Assembly (NCBI GenBank): GCA_025455065.1
Contig: JALONG010000004.1
Location: forward strand, 17,570 to 81,569
DNA: 64,000 nucleotides
Direction of reading: 5' to 3'
Origin: Candidatus Kapaibacterium sp.
GTDB lineage: Bacteria; Bacteroidota; Ignavibacteria; Kapaibacteriales; UBA4661
Shown: positions 48,301 to 57,192 of the stretch, in pieces
Numbering within the stretch: position 1 is the first letter of the stretch
Layout of the letters: every line of letters begins with the position of its first letter
The notes under the pieces: model-generated
The model's database searches: none
The model's input: only the letters and a program-made list of their open reading frames with translations
What the model was told of the DNA's origin: nothing
Made by a program: the position numbers and the translations under genes

Positions 48301-48947
48301 TCTTGAAAAAGCGTTTTTACGTGATTGCTCGCAAGGCTGTTGTTGTCCTGCGGATTGTGCTTAAACGCTGTAAATGTGCCGTTTTTGCGGTCGAATTTGT
48401 TCAAACCACCGTCGCGTGTGCCTATCCACAACGTGCCGGAGCGGTCTTCTAAAAGACAGGTCGTAAAATTGTCCGAAAGCGAGGTTTTATCAGAAGGAAC
48501 ACGCTTATAGACTTTGAAGGACGTACCGTCAAAACGGTTCAAACCGTCTGCTGTGGCAATCCAAATAAAGCCGATGTAATCTTGTACAATCCCGTACACA
48601 TTGCTCTGCGACAAGCCCTGTTCGGTATTGAAACGGCGAAAAACGATGTCGTTGTCGCGGCGCTCTAGTGCGGAAGCGTTTGAAGGATAGATTGGAAGCG
48701 GTGTTTGGGGGAACGCGGTGTTTGGCAGGAAAAAGGATATTGCAAGCAACACAAGTGAGAAGCACGTTTTTGCAACCTTGACAAAGGGGGAACGGGAGAT
48801 GAAGCCTTTATCAGCCTTGTGTATAACTCCTCGCTCACGATATTTGCAGCACTCTTCATCATGACAACACATCAGCGCAGAAGTTTCAGCAAACTTCTCC
48901 TTGCAATTCACAAACACTTGCTCTTGATACCGTATCATTACTGACAT
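45303..48947 (-). CDS. Membrane class III adenylate cyclase with periplasmic beta-propeller (Reg_prop) and YYY domains
   Basis: Many W(I/V)GT..GL repeats; YTNLSGGTYIFRVKA; TM PPFWERWWF; FADIVGFT, KIKTIGDAYM and YDLWGDTVNTASRMES. True start is probably downstream of 48947. Confidence 0.9.
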   Translation of the reverse strand: MSVMIRYQEQVFVNCKEKFAETSALMCCHDEECCKYRERGVIHKADKGFISRSPFVKVAKTCFSLVLLAISFFLPNTAFPQTPLPIYPSNASALERRDNDIVFRRFNTEQGLSQSNVYGIVQDYIGFIWIATADGLNRFDGTSFKVYKRVPSDKTSLSDNFTTCLLEDRSGTLWIGTRDGGLNKFDRKNGTFTAFKHNPQDNNSLASNHVKTLFQDSKGIIWVGTENGINRFNPQSGINTTFRHTSTEGKSLGANVIKTITEDKAGNIWVGTEDGIEIIRAETGECLLKEPYQRYLAGMRSHDVNAILADVDGIMWLGTETTGLYKVHPTERKVLRHFPGGTLVNDAAKGMQDGRLPSNDVIAMRLDSKQRLWICTGGGGLVLYNRVTETFSHYSYDPSNGRSLSGNIVFAFCEDRSGAYWVGTFGNGLNVFHGQANVFQTTVCFPQNPNDLLSNAVYALLEDRTQTLWIGTEEGLLRMNPLTRRVERVPPPDALREKIRDKSVSGFVRHIMEARDGTIWLATDAGLQRMNSKTTERTVFAGTVKTPDSALTRAFRALDVRLIDQTFVTLESRDSLIWVGTRGGGLKVFNPHTKTYIAHYVKQQGAPSLGHNFVRALKEDSKGRIWIGTRGGGLSRFNPRTGEWKTYRHDDANPNSLSHDGIFSLHFSGDSVLWIGTQGGGICRMDVRTEQFIAWKEEHGLANNVVYAVLEDMQGDLWMSTHQGLSRMTPPSAENIVRKPLTTDVAKAYTPFRNYDVNDGLQNNEFNAGAYSQGASGRLYFGGLQGFSTFFPDSVRVNSFIPPIVLTALRRFGEEVPLEEDISLLDTLTVSYKDNVFSLEFSALSFVQSDENRFKYMLEGFDAKWISAGKRHEARYTNLSGGTYIFRVKACNNDGIWNEVGKRLVVQVIPPFWERWWFRVLVACGIGFIGVIAYRARVRIIERRANELERQVEERTAELRESNDRLHNANEEIQRQIALLDEQTREIEVANATLQEKNLELEDERHTSERLILNVLPPSIASRLRAGEERIADGFDAVTVMFADIVGFTELAAKQSPHEVVDVLNTVFSAFDIFSERYGLEKIKTIGDAYMIVGGVPEPKEDHASAIAGMAIEMLQTLEILRYTMKIPLEVRIGIHTGPVVAGIIGQKKFSYDLWGDTVNTASRMESHGETGKIHCSREVYLALKEEYDFEPPRMIDVKGKGTMETYFLVGKRK

Positions 48948-48959
48948 TCCAAGCCTTTC

Positions 48960-51497
48960 TCAGATACGGTCAATGACGGAATTTTGAATATCAGCGCGGA
49001 AAGGCAACTTCACCGTAAAGGTTGTGCCTTGATTTTCGACACTACTGAAGCTAATCATGCCGTCGTGCGCATCAACGGCATACTTGACAATAGACATTCC
49101 CACACCTGTCCCCTTGATATTTTCGACGTTCTGAGCGCGGTGGAACGCCTCAAATACGTGCTTTTGGTCTTCCTGCGGAATACCGATGCCTTTGTCGCTG
49201 ACGCTCATCATTATTTCTTCATCCGTACATTCCACAACAAACTCAACCTCGTCCTTCGAGTATTTAAGCGCGTTGGAAAGAAGGTTGGTAACGATTGAGC
49301 GCATAAGTTTTGCATCCAAACGCGGCAAATCTTTCGTCGCGCTGGTGTATGTGAAGCGAATCCGCTCCACGCCGCCGTTTGCAACGGCAAGTTCGTGAAT
49401 AATTTCTTGGCAAAAATCTTTGAGGTTCATTTGCGCAAAAACAGCACGGGTCTTGCCCGCTTCGCCACGCGCCAAGACCAGCACATCGTTCAGCATTTGC
49501 TCAATGCGCCCCGACGACGACATAATACGCTCTATATGCGCTGTTTGCTTCTCCGACGGCATTTTCCCCGCTCCCAAGTGCAGAATTTCCGCCGAGGAAT
49601 TGATAACCGTGAGCGGCGTTCTAAATTCGTGGGAAACCATCGTAATAAAGCGGCTTTTGAGGTCGTTCAGTTCTTTTTCCTGTTGCAAAGCCCGCTTCAG
49701 TTCTTGTTCGGCAGCTTTTCGTGCCGCAATATCACGGGAATTAAGCACAATCCCGCCCACAGCAAGGTTCTGAAGCTGATTACTCGCCGTTACCTCAATC
49801 CACTCGTAATCGTGTTTAATGTCGGACTGGTGCAAAAATTCAATCGTGCGAATAGTGTCCGGCTCGTGAATGATATTGTACAAGAAAACCCGCACCATTT
49901 CTTGATAGTCGGGATGCACACGGTGAAGGAAATTCTGCCCAATGCGCTCAAACGGCTCAAAACCAAAGATTTTTTCGGTTGCCGGCGATTCGTAGCTGAT
50001 TTCGCCTTCCTCTTCGACAATCGTAATCACATCCGACGAATTTTTCAGCAAACTATTCAAGCGCTCACCGCTTTGCAAGAGCATTTCCTCAATGCGTTTG
50101 CGCTCGGCGATTTCGTGCTTGAGTTCGGCGTTTGCTCGCTTGAGTGCTTCGGTGCGCTCATCAATACGGCGCTCCAAAAATTGACTGAACAGCACATTGG
50201 CTTCTTCGTTATTTTTTCGCTCGGTAATGTCATTGATAATCACAAACGAACCTGCGAAAGTTCCCTGTTCATCAAGGCGTGGTGCGGAGTTGATAGCCTG
50301 CCAGCGTTTTGTTCCGTTGGGGCGGATGATTTCCAATTCATAGCGTCCGGATTTTCCATTGCGCCGCTCAATGTTTTGCTGTTCGACAAGTTCTGTCGAA
50401 CCGGCACTGATAAATTCTTTGATATATCTGCCTGCAAGTTGCCCTCGCCCAACACCGAAAGCATCTTCTGCGGCAGGATTGGCAAAGGTAACTTTGTCAT
50501 CTGCGTCCGTAATAATAATTCCTTCGGACAGACTATCCACCAGCGTTTTGTACTGCTGTTCACTTTCACGCAGCGCGTCTTCAATGCCGGAACGCTCAGT
50601 AATATCACGAGAATTGACAATAACCGCCTGAATTTCGGGAATATGCAGACGATTTGTCGCAATGCCCTCCATAACACGGTATTCACCCGATGCGGACCGC
50701 GCACGGAAAATAGAGGTTGCCTGAGCATCAGGCGCAGAATAGACCTCAGTCAAAACAGCACTAATCGCGGTATGCTCTTCAGGATGAACAAGATACAGTG
50801 CATGGCGACCCAGAATATCTGACGGCTCATACCCCAAAAGCGTATAAAACGCCGGACTGTGATAGCTCACATTTCCGTCCTTGTCCAAAAGCGTCACAAT
50901 ATCCCGCGAATACTTAATCAATTCTGCAAAGCGCTCTGTATCTCGCTCTGCACCTTGCTTGATGGGCAGATTGCCGCTTGGTTGTAAAGAGCCGTTCAAG
51001 GAATGAGAAAGCGTAGTCGGTAGATTGCTGTTTGGAAGCGTCCGAGTAGCTTGTTCGCGGCGTAGGCTGGTGCGCAAGCGGGCTTTGTTGCTTTGGGGGA
51101 CAATATCGGTAACGCCGGATTTAATCAAATCAACGCCATGTTCAAGGGGAAAATCATCGGGAGTAATGGCAAAAAGCAGCATGGGGGCTTGCTCCAAGCG
51201 TTCTGCGCGAAGGGTACGCATAAGGCTCAACGTATTATCCATGCTAAAAGAAGGTGCATCCACGCGGCATATAAGCACGTCCCACGCTTCTGCCGTTAAA
51301 GCTGCTGTTAGATGCTCCCCAGTAAAGACCATGCGAAAATCCGGCACATACTCGTCATCATATTCCAATTCCCGCATCAGTGCGTAGCCTTCCCCAAAAG
51401 ACTGCACGGCAAGCAACACGCGAAGACTCTCACGCGAAGCCATTTCAAAGGTTTCGTGCGGAAAATCAGTCGTGGTATTCGGTACATCAATGTACAT
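48960..51497 (-). CDS. PAS-domain histidine kinase with degenerate N-terminal receiver
   Basis: Three PAS domains; SHEFRTPL H-box, NLLSNALKY, DKGIGI and GTGVGM. Confidence 0.92.
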   Translation of the reverse strand: MYIDVPNTTTDFPHETFEMASRESLRVLLAVQSFGEGYALMRELEYDDEYVPDFRMVFTGEHLTAALTAEAWDVLICRVDAPSFSMDNTLSLMRTLRAERLEQAPMLLFAITPDDFPLEHGVDLIKSGVTDIVPQSNKARLRTSLRREQATRTLPNSNLPTTLSHSLNGSLQPSGNLPIKQGAERDTERFAELIKYSRDIVTLLDKDGNVSYHSPAFYTLLGYEPSDILGRHALYLVHPEEHTAISAVLTEVYSAPDAQATSIFRARSASGEYRVMEGIATNRLHIPEIQAVIVNSRDITERSGIEDALRESEQQYKTLVDSLSEGIIITDADDKVTFANPAAEDAFGVGRGQLAGRYIKEFISAGSTELVEQQNIERRNGKSGRYELEIIRPNGTKRWQAINSAPRLDEQGTFAGSFVIINDITERKNNEEANVLFSQFLERRIDERTEALKRANAELKHEIAERKRIEEMLLQSGERLNSLLKNSSDVITIVEEEGEISYESPATEKIFGFEPFERIGQNFLHRVHPDYQEMVRVFLYNIIHEPDTIRTIEFLHQSDIKHDYEWIEVTASNQLQNLAVGGIVLNSRDIAARKAAEQELKRALQQEKELNDLKSRFITMVSHEFRTPLTVINSSAEILHLGAGKMPSEKQTAHIERIMSSSGRIEQMLNDVLVLARGEAGKTRAVFAQMNLKDFCQEIIHELAVANGGVERIRFTYTSATKDLPRLDAKLMRSIVTNLLSNALKYSKDEVEFVVECTDEEIMMSVSDKGIGIPQEDQKHVFEAFHRAQNVENIKGTGVGMSIVKYAVDAHDGMISFSSVENQGTTFTVKLPFRADIQNSVIDRI

Positions 51498-51532
51498 AGC
51501 CGATAAATGCTGGTGTGCGGAAGTTTGGCAAG

Positions 51533-51576
51533 TTATTTCGCTAATTATTTCCCAAATTATTTCGCTGACTTATTTC
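51533..51576. repeat. 12-bp tandem repeat (ttatttcgctaa-like x3-4) at the stop of the receiver gene
   Basis: Read directly from the sequence. Confidence 0.7.
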
Positions 51577-52046
51577 TGTGCTTGAGCGGCTTGCCAAGCA
51601 GCAAAATACTCTTGAATTTTGCGCACATAGCCAATTTCTCTGTGCAACATCGGCACAAGGCGCTCCAAATAGCCTTTGATAATAAAATCCGATGCTCCGG
51701 CATTCATTGCGGTAACAACGGCGTTTTCGTTCAAAATACTTGAAATCATGATGACCGGAATTTTCACATCAGGTTTGCCGGGCAGAACGCCGCGCTCTTG
51801 CTCGGTTTTGCGGATAATGTTCAACGCATCCATTCCCGTAAATCCGGTGTGGATATTGTAATCGCAGAAGATTACATCCCACTCTTTGTTGAGTGCGGCT
51901 TGCAGTTGCGGGATTGTATCAACGCGCTCATAAACGATTTCGATGTCGTGATACCGCAAAAAACGAATCAGTACATCGGCATCCAACGCCGAATCCTCAA
52001 CGAGCAAGGCAGTAAGGTGCAAAACGGGGCGAGTAGGTTGTTCCAC
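51570..52046 (-). CDS. Single-domain response regulator
   Basis: LLVEDS, WDVIFCDY, PVIMIS and GASDFIIK. Confidence 0.9.
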   Translation of the reverse strand: MEQPTRPVLHLTALLVEDSALDADVLIRFLRYHDIEIVYERVDTIPQLQAALNKEWDVIFCDYNIHTGFTGMDALNIIRKTEQERGVLPGKPDVKIPVIMISSILNENAVVTAMNAGASDFIIKGYLERLVPMLHREIGYVRKIQEYFAAWQAAQAQK

Positions 52047-52076
52047 GAGATACTACGATTGAAAATGTGATGAACG

Positions 52077-52271
52077 TTTAGTTGTTAGTTGTTGGTTTTT
52101 AGTTGCTGGTTGTTTGTTGGTAGTTGTTTGGTAGTGGTTTTGAAGGCACGGAAAAAAAAGGCACTTGGACAGTGTTTCATGGTGAATAATAAGTGAATTT
52201 CAATTCTTGAAAAACAAAAATTTACGGGTTACACGCTTAACACTAAAAACCAGAAACCAAAAACTACCAAC
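52077..52271. repeat. Inverted arrangement of heptamer tandem repeats (STRR-like)
   Basis: Left arm (tagttgt/tggtttt/tagttgc)n; right arm aaaccagaaaccaaaaactaccaac. Confidence 0.65.
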
Positions 52272-52276
52272 ATTTC

Positions 52277-53038
52277 TCACGTTTCCCGCCGAAGCCGCGC
52301 AATTTCAAACATCAAAATTCCCGCAGCCACCGATGCGTTTAGCGAAGATATTTTGCCGTGCAGAGGAATTGCTAGCGCGTCGGTGCAGATGCGGCGCACA
52401 GCAGGTTGAATGCCTCCACCTTCACTCCCGACAACCAACACAAGCGGCTCTTCGGCAAGTCCGTCTGTGTCAAGAATCGTGTTGTAATCGCCCTTCGCTT
52501 CTGCTTCCAACGCAAGAATCCTGAAACCCGCATTGCGGCAGTCTTCCAACGCTTTGGTGAGCGAACCTGTTTTTGCAACGGGAATATGCTGTAATGCGCC
52601 TGCGGAAGCCTTCATTGCTGTGCCACCGAGCGGTGCTGCTTTCAAATCCGGCAAAATTAAACCGTGAAATCCGGCACATTCGGCAGAACGCGCAATAGCA
52701 CCCAAGTTATGCGGGTCGGTAATGCTGTCCAGTGCAACAAACAAGGGATTATCCAGCGCGGCAAAACTTTTGTCAATGAGTTCGCCAATACTGAAGGTTT
52801 TGACCGATTGCATGAGAGCAATAATACCTTGCGAATGAGCATTTTCGCCGCAAACTTCGCGCTCTAAGGTTTGAAATTTCCGTTTGTCCATTTGGGCAAA
52901 AGGAATATTCGCTTTTTCGGCTTGAATACGCAGCGCGGTAATTGCAGCGCCTTCGGTGCCGTATTGACAAAAAATTTTTTCAATCTGTTTTCCGGCGGCA
53001 AGCGCCTCCAAAACAGTGTTTCGACCAAAAATATACAC
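52277..53038 (-). CDS. rlmB: 23S rRNA (G2251-2'-O) methyltransferase
   Basis: DPHNLGAIARSA, VGSEGGG and SLNASVAAG. Confidence 0.93.
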   Translation of the reverse strand: MYIFGRNTVLEALAAGKQIEKIFCQYGTEGAAITALRIQAEKANIPFAQMDKRKFQTLEREVCGENAHSQGIIALMQSVKTFSIGELIDKSFAALDNPLFVALDSITDPHNLGAIARSAECAGFHGLILPDLKAAPLGGTAMKASAGALQHIPVAKTGSLTKALEDCRNAGFRILALEAEAKGDYNTILDTDGLAEEPLVLVVGSEGGGIQPAVRRICTDALAIPLHGKISSLNASVAAGILMFEIARLRRET

Positions 53039-53044
53039 GTGTGA

Positions 53045-53809
53045 TTACCCTTTTCTGACAAATTCAAGTTTAGCGAGGTCTTTAGCGGAAGTGAACACCT
53101 TATCCAAGCGCTTGGTGAGCGGCATTGCAGCTTGCTGTATCCAGAGCGACAAAGGATTAAGCGGCTCTCCTTCTTGACGCGAAGCAGGATTCAAGCCTTT
53201 GCGGACAATTCCGGCAAGATAATAACTCACGCGGATATTGATAAATTCGTTTTGGTGCAACACAAAACCATTATCTGCACAGCGCTCTGCATAATACGCA
53301 ATCGGACGCGCCAAGCACAAATCATCACCCGTAATGCGGTCATCAACGCGCTCAAACAGAACAACCTTTCGTTTGCTCACGCGACAGACTTCCCGCAAGA
53401 TAGAGCGCATCATTGCGTCATCCGTGTTGTGTTGAAGTACCGTCGCCGTAAAAACAACATCAAATTCTTGGTCTGCAAACGGCAGCGTCGTACCGTCAAT
53501 TTTCACGAGTTCCACTTCCGGCGCATTATTTTTTCGCGCCAAAGCGACCATATCGGCGGAAATATCCGCTCCGACAAGCCGCGCAGGTTTTTTCGCCCAG
53601 AGTTCCCGCAAATTCCCGCCCGGACCGGGACCAAGTTCCAACACTGACTTTCCTTCCACATCCAAGGTGCGTAACATTTCCAAAAAGCGCTCTCGTTTGT
53701 AGCGATAATACGGCTCGTCGTCTCCGGCAATAACATTTGTTCCGGAGCGCTCTCCGATGCGCTTTGCAACGTCAGACCAGTAGGATTCGGGATGATACGC
53801 TGTTGCCAT
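53045..53809 (-). CDS. Class I SAM-dependent methyltransferase
   Basis: VLELGPGPG, GADIS and LPFADQEFDVVF. Confidence 0.88.
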   Translation of the reverse strand: MATAYHPESYWSDVAKRIGERSGTNVIAGDDEPYYRYKRERFLEMLRTLDVEGKSVLELGPGPGGNLRELWAKKPARLVGADISADMVALARKNNAPEVELVKIDGTTLPFADQEFDVVFTATVLQHNTDDAMMRSILREVCRVSKRKVVLFERVDDRITGDDLCLARPIAYYAERCADNGFVLHQNEFINIRVSYYLAGIVRKGLNPASRQEGEPLNPLSLWIQQAAMPLTKRLDKVFTSAKDLAKLEFVRKG

Positions 53810-54185
53810 GAATATCTGTTTTGTGAAGCCGAAACACCATAAGCAAACGAAAATACCAAAAGTCTGTGAATTTTCCTGTGATTTTGTGAAGTTTTGTATG
53901 TTTTGTTGTTGTCAGACCGCTCTTTTTCTTCATTGTTATGTTGTTTTTCCGTCGTTCCGATGCTGTGAAGTGTGTTCTCAATACTGTCCTAATATTTTTC
54001 CGGAAACCTTTCAGTTATCAGGTAAAAAAATGCGCGAAAAAAGTGCGAAGAACGTGAAAAATGCGTATTTTGCGAAGCGTTTTCATTTTGTGGTGAAAAT
54101 TTGGCGGAGTACGATTGCCGCATCGCATTTGTCAATGCTGTCTTTCAAATGTTGTTTACCCTTGTTTTTCCTGCATTTTCACGTT

Positions 54186-55460
54186 ATGAACAGTTTTTGC
54201 TTCTTGATAACTAATCACCGTATCCCTGCAATACTACTCTGTTTGGGATGCTGGCTCATAGTAGTAGCCCCTACCCAAAGCCTCGTTGCACAAACACCTG
54301 CAAAAATCCCTGCGCTAAAGTTCCAAGGTACGGTTACCATTACACGGCTAAACCAGATAAATTCAGCGTTCCAAGAGGCAAATCTTTCACTGACTCCTGA
54401 CGGGAAGCGGATGTACTTTCTTTCAGACAGGGGCGGACAAGTATGGTCGCGTCGCCCTGACACTACCGACCGTTTTGACGGTGATATCTGGACATCCCAG
54501 CGAGTGAACGGTGAATGGCAAGCGGCACAATGCCTTGATGCGACGGTTAATACCGAGCGGGGCGAAGATGAGCCAAACATCATGCCTGATGGTCAAACAG
54601 TGCTGTTCCAAAGTTGGCAACCCGGCTGGCAAAATAGCGGCGGACCTTACTACAGCGCTACCGTAAAGGGAACATCGTGGGAAAAACCCATTGGCTTGGG
54701 CGGCGGAATTACCCTCTTTTTCACACAAATGCGGAAACAGACCAATGACCAATATGGCACAGACGGTTCGGCATTTTCCGCCAACGGGAAGCTCTTCGTC
54801 GTTGCTTGTGGACCCGATTACGACGGACCAATGGACTTGTACTTTAGCCGAAAAGCAGGAAAAGCAGGCTGGCTCTATTGTCAAAAACTCGACATCAGCA
54901 CTGACGGTAATGAACGGTCTGTTTTCCTCGCAGCAGACGGTAAGACTTTATATTTTGCGTCGGACGGTTTGGGTGGATTTGGAGGAATGGATATTTTCAA
55001 AGCTACCCTCAGCGATGACGGCAAAGTAACAAATGTTGTTAATATCGGAGAACCGTTTAATACCAAAGCAAACGATTACGGCTTTGTTGTCAGTGCCAAA
55101 GGCGACGAGGCATATTTTGTACGAAACGGTGATATTTATATGGCAAAACTTTCTTCCAGCATGAACGCCCTGAAACCATTTCCTGTATCGGTTCTCACAG
55201 GTACAGTACGTAACAAAATAACAGGAACGCCCGTGCAAGCAAAAATCACTCTCCGCGCAATAAACGCGCTCCCCGAGAGCGATGTCGAAGAAATTAGCGC
55301 TCATGCGGACGGAACCTATTCTGCGGTGTTGAACATTGGAACAACCTATCGGCAAACTATCAGCGCTCCCGGATTCAAAGAAGTACAACGCATCGTATCA
55401 GTACCCACAAGCAAACAATCAAACACCTTACAGATTGATATCGTTCTTGTGCCGATGTGA
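54186..55460 (+). CDS. Exported PD40 beta-propeller protein with C-terminal CarboxypepD_reg-like domain
   Basis: TPDGKRMYFLSDR, DGKTLYFASDG.GGFGGMDI and NIGEPFNT; ends without an OmpA domain. Confidence 0.8.
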   Translation: MNSFCFLITNHRIPAILLCLGCWLIVVAPTQSLVAQTPAKIPALKFQGTVTITRLNQINSAFQEANLSLTPDGKRMYFLSDRGGQVWSRRPDTTDRFDGDIWTSQRVNGEWQAAQCLDATVNTERGEDEPNIMPDGQTVLFQSWQPGWQNSGGPYYSATVKGTSWEKPIGLGGGITLFFTQMRKQTNDQYGTDGSAFSANGKLFVVACGPDYDGPMDLYFSRKAGKAGWLYCQKLDISTDGNERSVFLAADGKTLYFASDGLGGFGGMDIFKATLSDDGKVTNVVNIGEPFNTKANDYGFVVSAKGDEAYFVRNGDIYMAKLSSSMNALKPFPVSVLTGTVRNKITGTPVQAKITLRAINALPESDVEEISAHADGTYSAVLNIGTTYRQTISAPGFKEVQRIVSVPTSKQSNTLQIDIVLVPM

Positions 55461-55782
55461 AAGAACCTAGTCTCGCAAGAAGGCGAAAGAAGGAAACGAT
55501 GAATGAGAAATGACGGAGTGTTGTTTTGTATTAGTATTGTTACGTATAAATGCACAACAACGGTCTGTATGGGTTTACAACGCTCACTATAGTTCACTTT
55601 CCTGCGAACTATAAAACTCCTGCATATAACGCTTGATAGAACAGCAGTAAAAAAAAAGAACGTAGTGTTAAAACAGTTTGCGACACTCGTATTCCCCCCT
55701 TCATCCGTTATTCTTTTGCCAATTCTAAACAATCTGCTCAAATGCAGTTTTTTCTGTTCACCACCACGCTTCTCGTGTTTCT

Positions 55783-57153
55783 ATGCGCTTTTTCTTCGTT
55801 TTTTTGATTGTTGTCGTGTTCTCCACGACGGAATTTTTCGCACAAACCACCTATCGCGGTCCTGTACCTCGCATCACCACAGGCTTTGGAGCGAGCGGCA
55901 GATTTCAGGTAGATACGGTGCGTTTTCCCGCAGTCGGCTGGGACAGCGCATCAACAGGACTTCCGATTAACAGCAGCCGCTCGGTGGAAGTCTTTTTCCC
56001 GCGTGGAACGACTTCCCCGCGCCCGACGCTCTTGTTTGCTCATGGTTTTGGCGGCAACGACGCACGATTTTACGGCGAACTTTTGGGGAACTGCGTTTCG
56101 CGTGGTTATACCGTTGTGTTTGTGCCGTATCCGATTTCTATCAATTTTCCGTCGCTTTACCGAACACTTGATAGTGGTTTTGCCGAAGCGGTGCGGCGGT
56201 TCCCGAATCTGATTGATTCCACACGCATCGGTTTTGCAGGACATTCGTTTGGTGCAGGGGCAATTCCCGGAATCGCTCACAAAGCCTTTACGCAGCGCCG
56301 TTGGGGGGCAAACGGAAAATTTCTCTTTCCAATGGCTCCTTGGTATGCGCTTGAAACCTCGCAAGAGCAGCTTCGCACCTTTCCCCGTGACACCAAACTC
56401 ATCATGCAAATTTACGCCGACGATGCCACGAATGACCACCGTTTAGCGATGGATATGTTTTTGAATATTGCTATTCCGGCTGCGGAGAAAGATTTTGTCA
56501 CAGTTTTTGCCGACACGGTGCAGAATTACGTGTATGGCGCGGGACACGGATTGTGTACAACGGGTGGACTTGCAGGCGGTGGAACATTCGACGGATACGA
56601 TTACTACGCAGTTTTCCGCTTGTTGGATGCGCTTATGCAGTACACTTTTGACAATACCAACGCGGCAGCGAAAAACGTTGCTCTGGGCAATGGCAGCGCA
56701 GAGCAAGTGTTTATGGGCAGTGCAGCAGGGCGCATCCTGAAGCCGCTTGGGGTAACAGACCGCCCAGCCCCCATTCCGACCGCCCCCAGAGCGCAGTTCC
56801 AATGCGAGAACCAAACGAATCCCCGCAGAGCATTTTGTACGCTGCAAGTTTCTTCGGTTGCACAGTCACTCGCACAGACAACGCAAGGAATAACGCCATT
56901 ACGCATCACCATTGCCCCACAACCCGCTTCCGATGAAATTCGTTTGGGTGTGCAGGTACAGACAGCGCAAGAAATCACGGTTTCGCTGACGGATGTGCTG
57001 GGGAATGAGCATTTGCGCTTTTTGCACGTCATTGCAAGCGCAGGGACGCATGAAATCGTACTTCCGCTTGATGCACTGCCAAATGGTGTGTATTTCTGCC
57101 GTGTTCAATCGAAAGAAGGCGTAAATACAGCGCCGTTGCTTGTTCGGCGGTAA
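55783..57153 (+). CDS. Secreted alpha/beta hydrolase (chlorophyllase/cutinase-like) with T9SS C-terminal sorting domain
   Basis: AHGFGG, GHSFG, APW; CTD IAPQPASD...DVLG...LPNGVYFCRV. Confidence 0.85.
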   Translation: MRFFFVFLIVVVFSTTEFFAQTTYRGPVPRITTGFGASGRFQVDTVRFPAVGWDSASTGLPINSSRSVEVFFPRGTTSPRPTLLFAHGFGGNDARFYGELLGNCVSRGYTVVFVPYPISINFPSLYRTLDSGFAEAVRRFPNLIDSTRIGFAGHSFGAGAIPGIAHKAFTQRRWGANGKFLFPMAPWYALETSQEQLRTFPRDTKLIMQIYADDATNDHRLAMDMFLNIAIPAAEKDFVTVFADTVQNYVYGAGHGLCTTGGLAGGGTFDGYDYYAVFRLLDALMQYTFDNTNAAAKNVALGNGSAEQVFMGSAAGRILKPLGVTDRPAPIPTAPRAQFQCENQTNPRRAFCTLQVSSVAQSLAQTTQGITPLRITIAPQPASDEIRLGVQVQTAQEITVSLTDVLGNEHLRFLHVIASAGTHEIVLPLDALPNGVYFCRVQSKEGVNTAPLLVRR

Positions 57154-57192
57154 TTTTTGTGCAATTTTCTACTATTTTTTTGTGAGATTCCC

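Noticed and set aside
48800-48947. Cys-rich N-terminal extension of the adenylate cyclase (MCCHDEECC)
   Set aside because: It precedes the apparent signal peptide and probably reflects an over-extended ORF start rather than a metal-binding domain.
49395-50822. 475-aa plus-strand ORF
   Set aside because: Antisense shadow of the PAS kinase.
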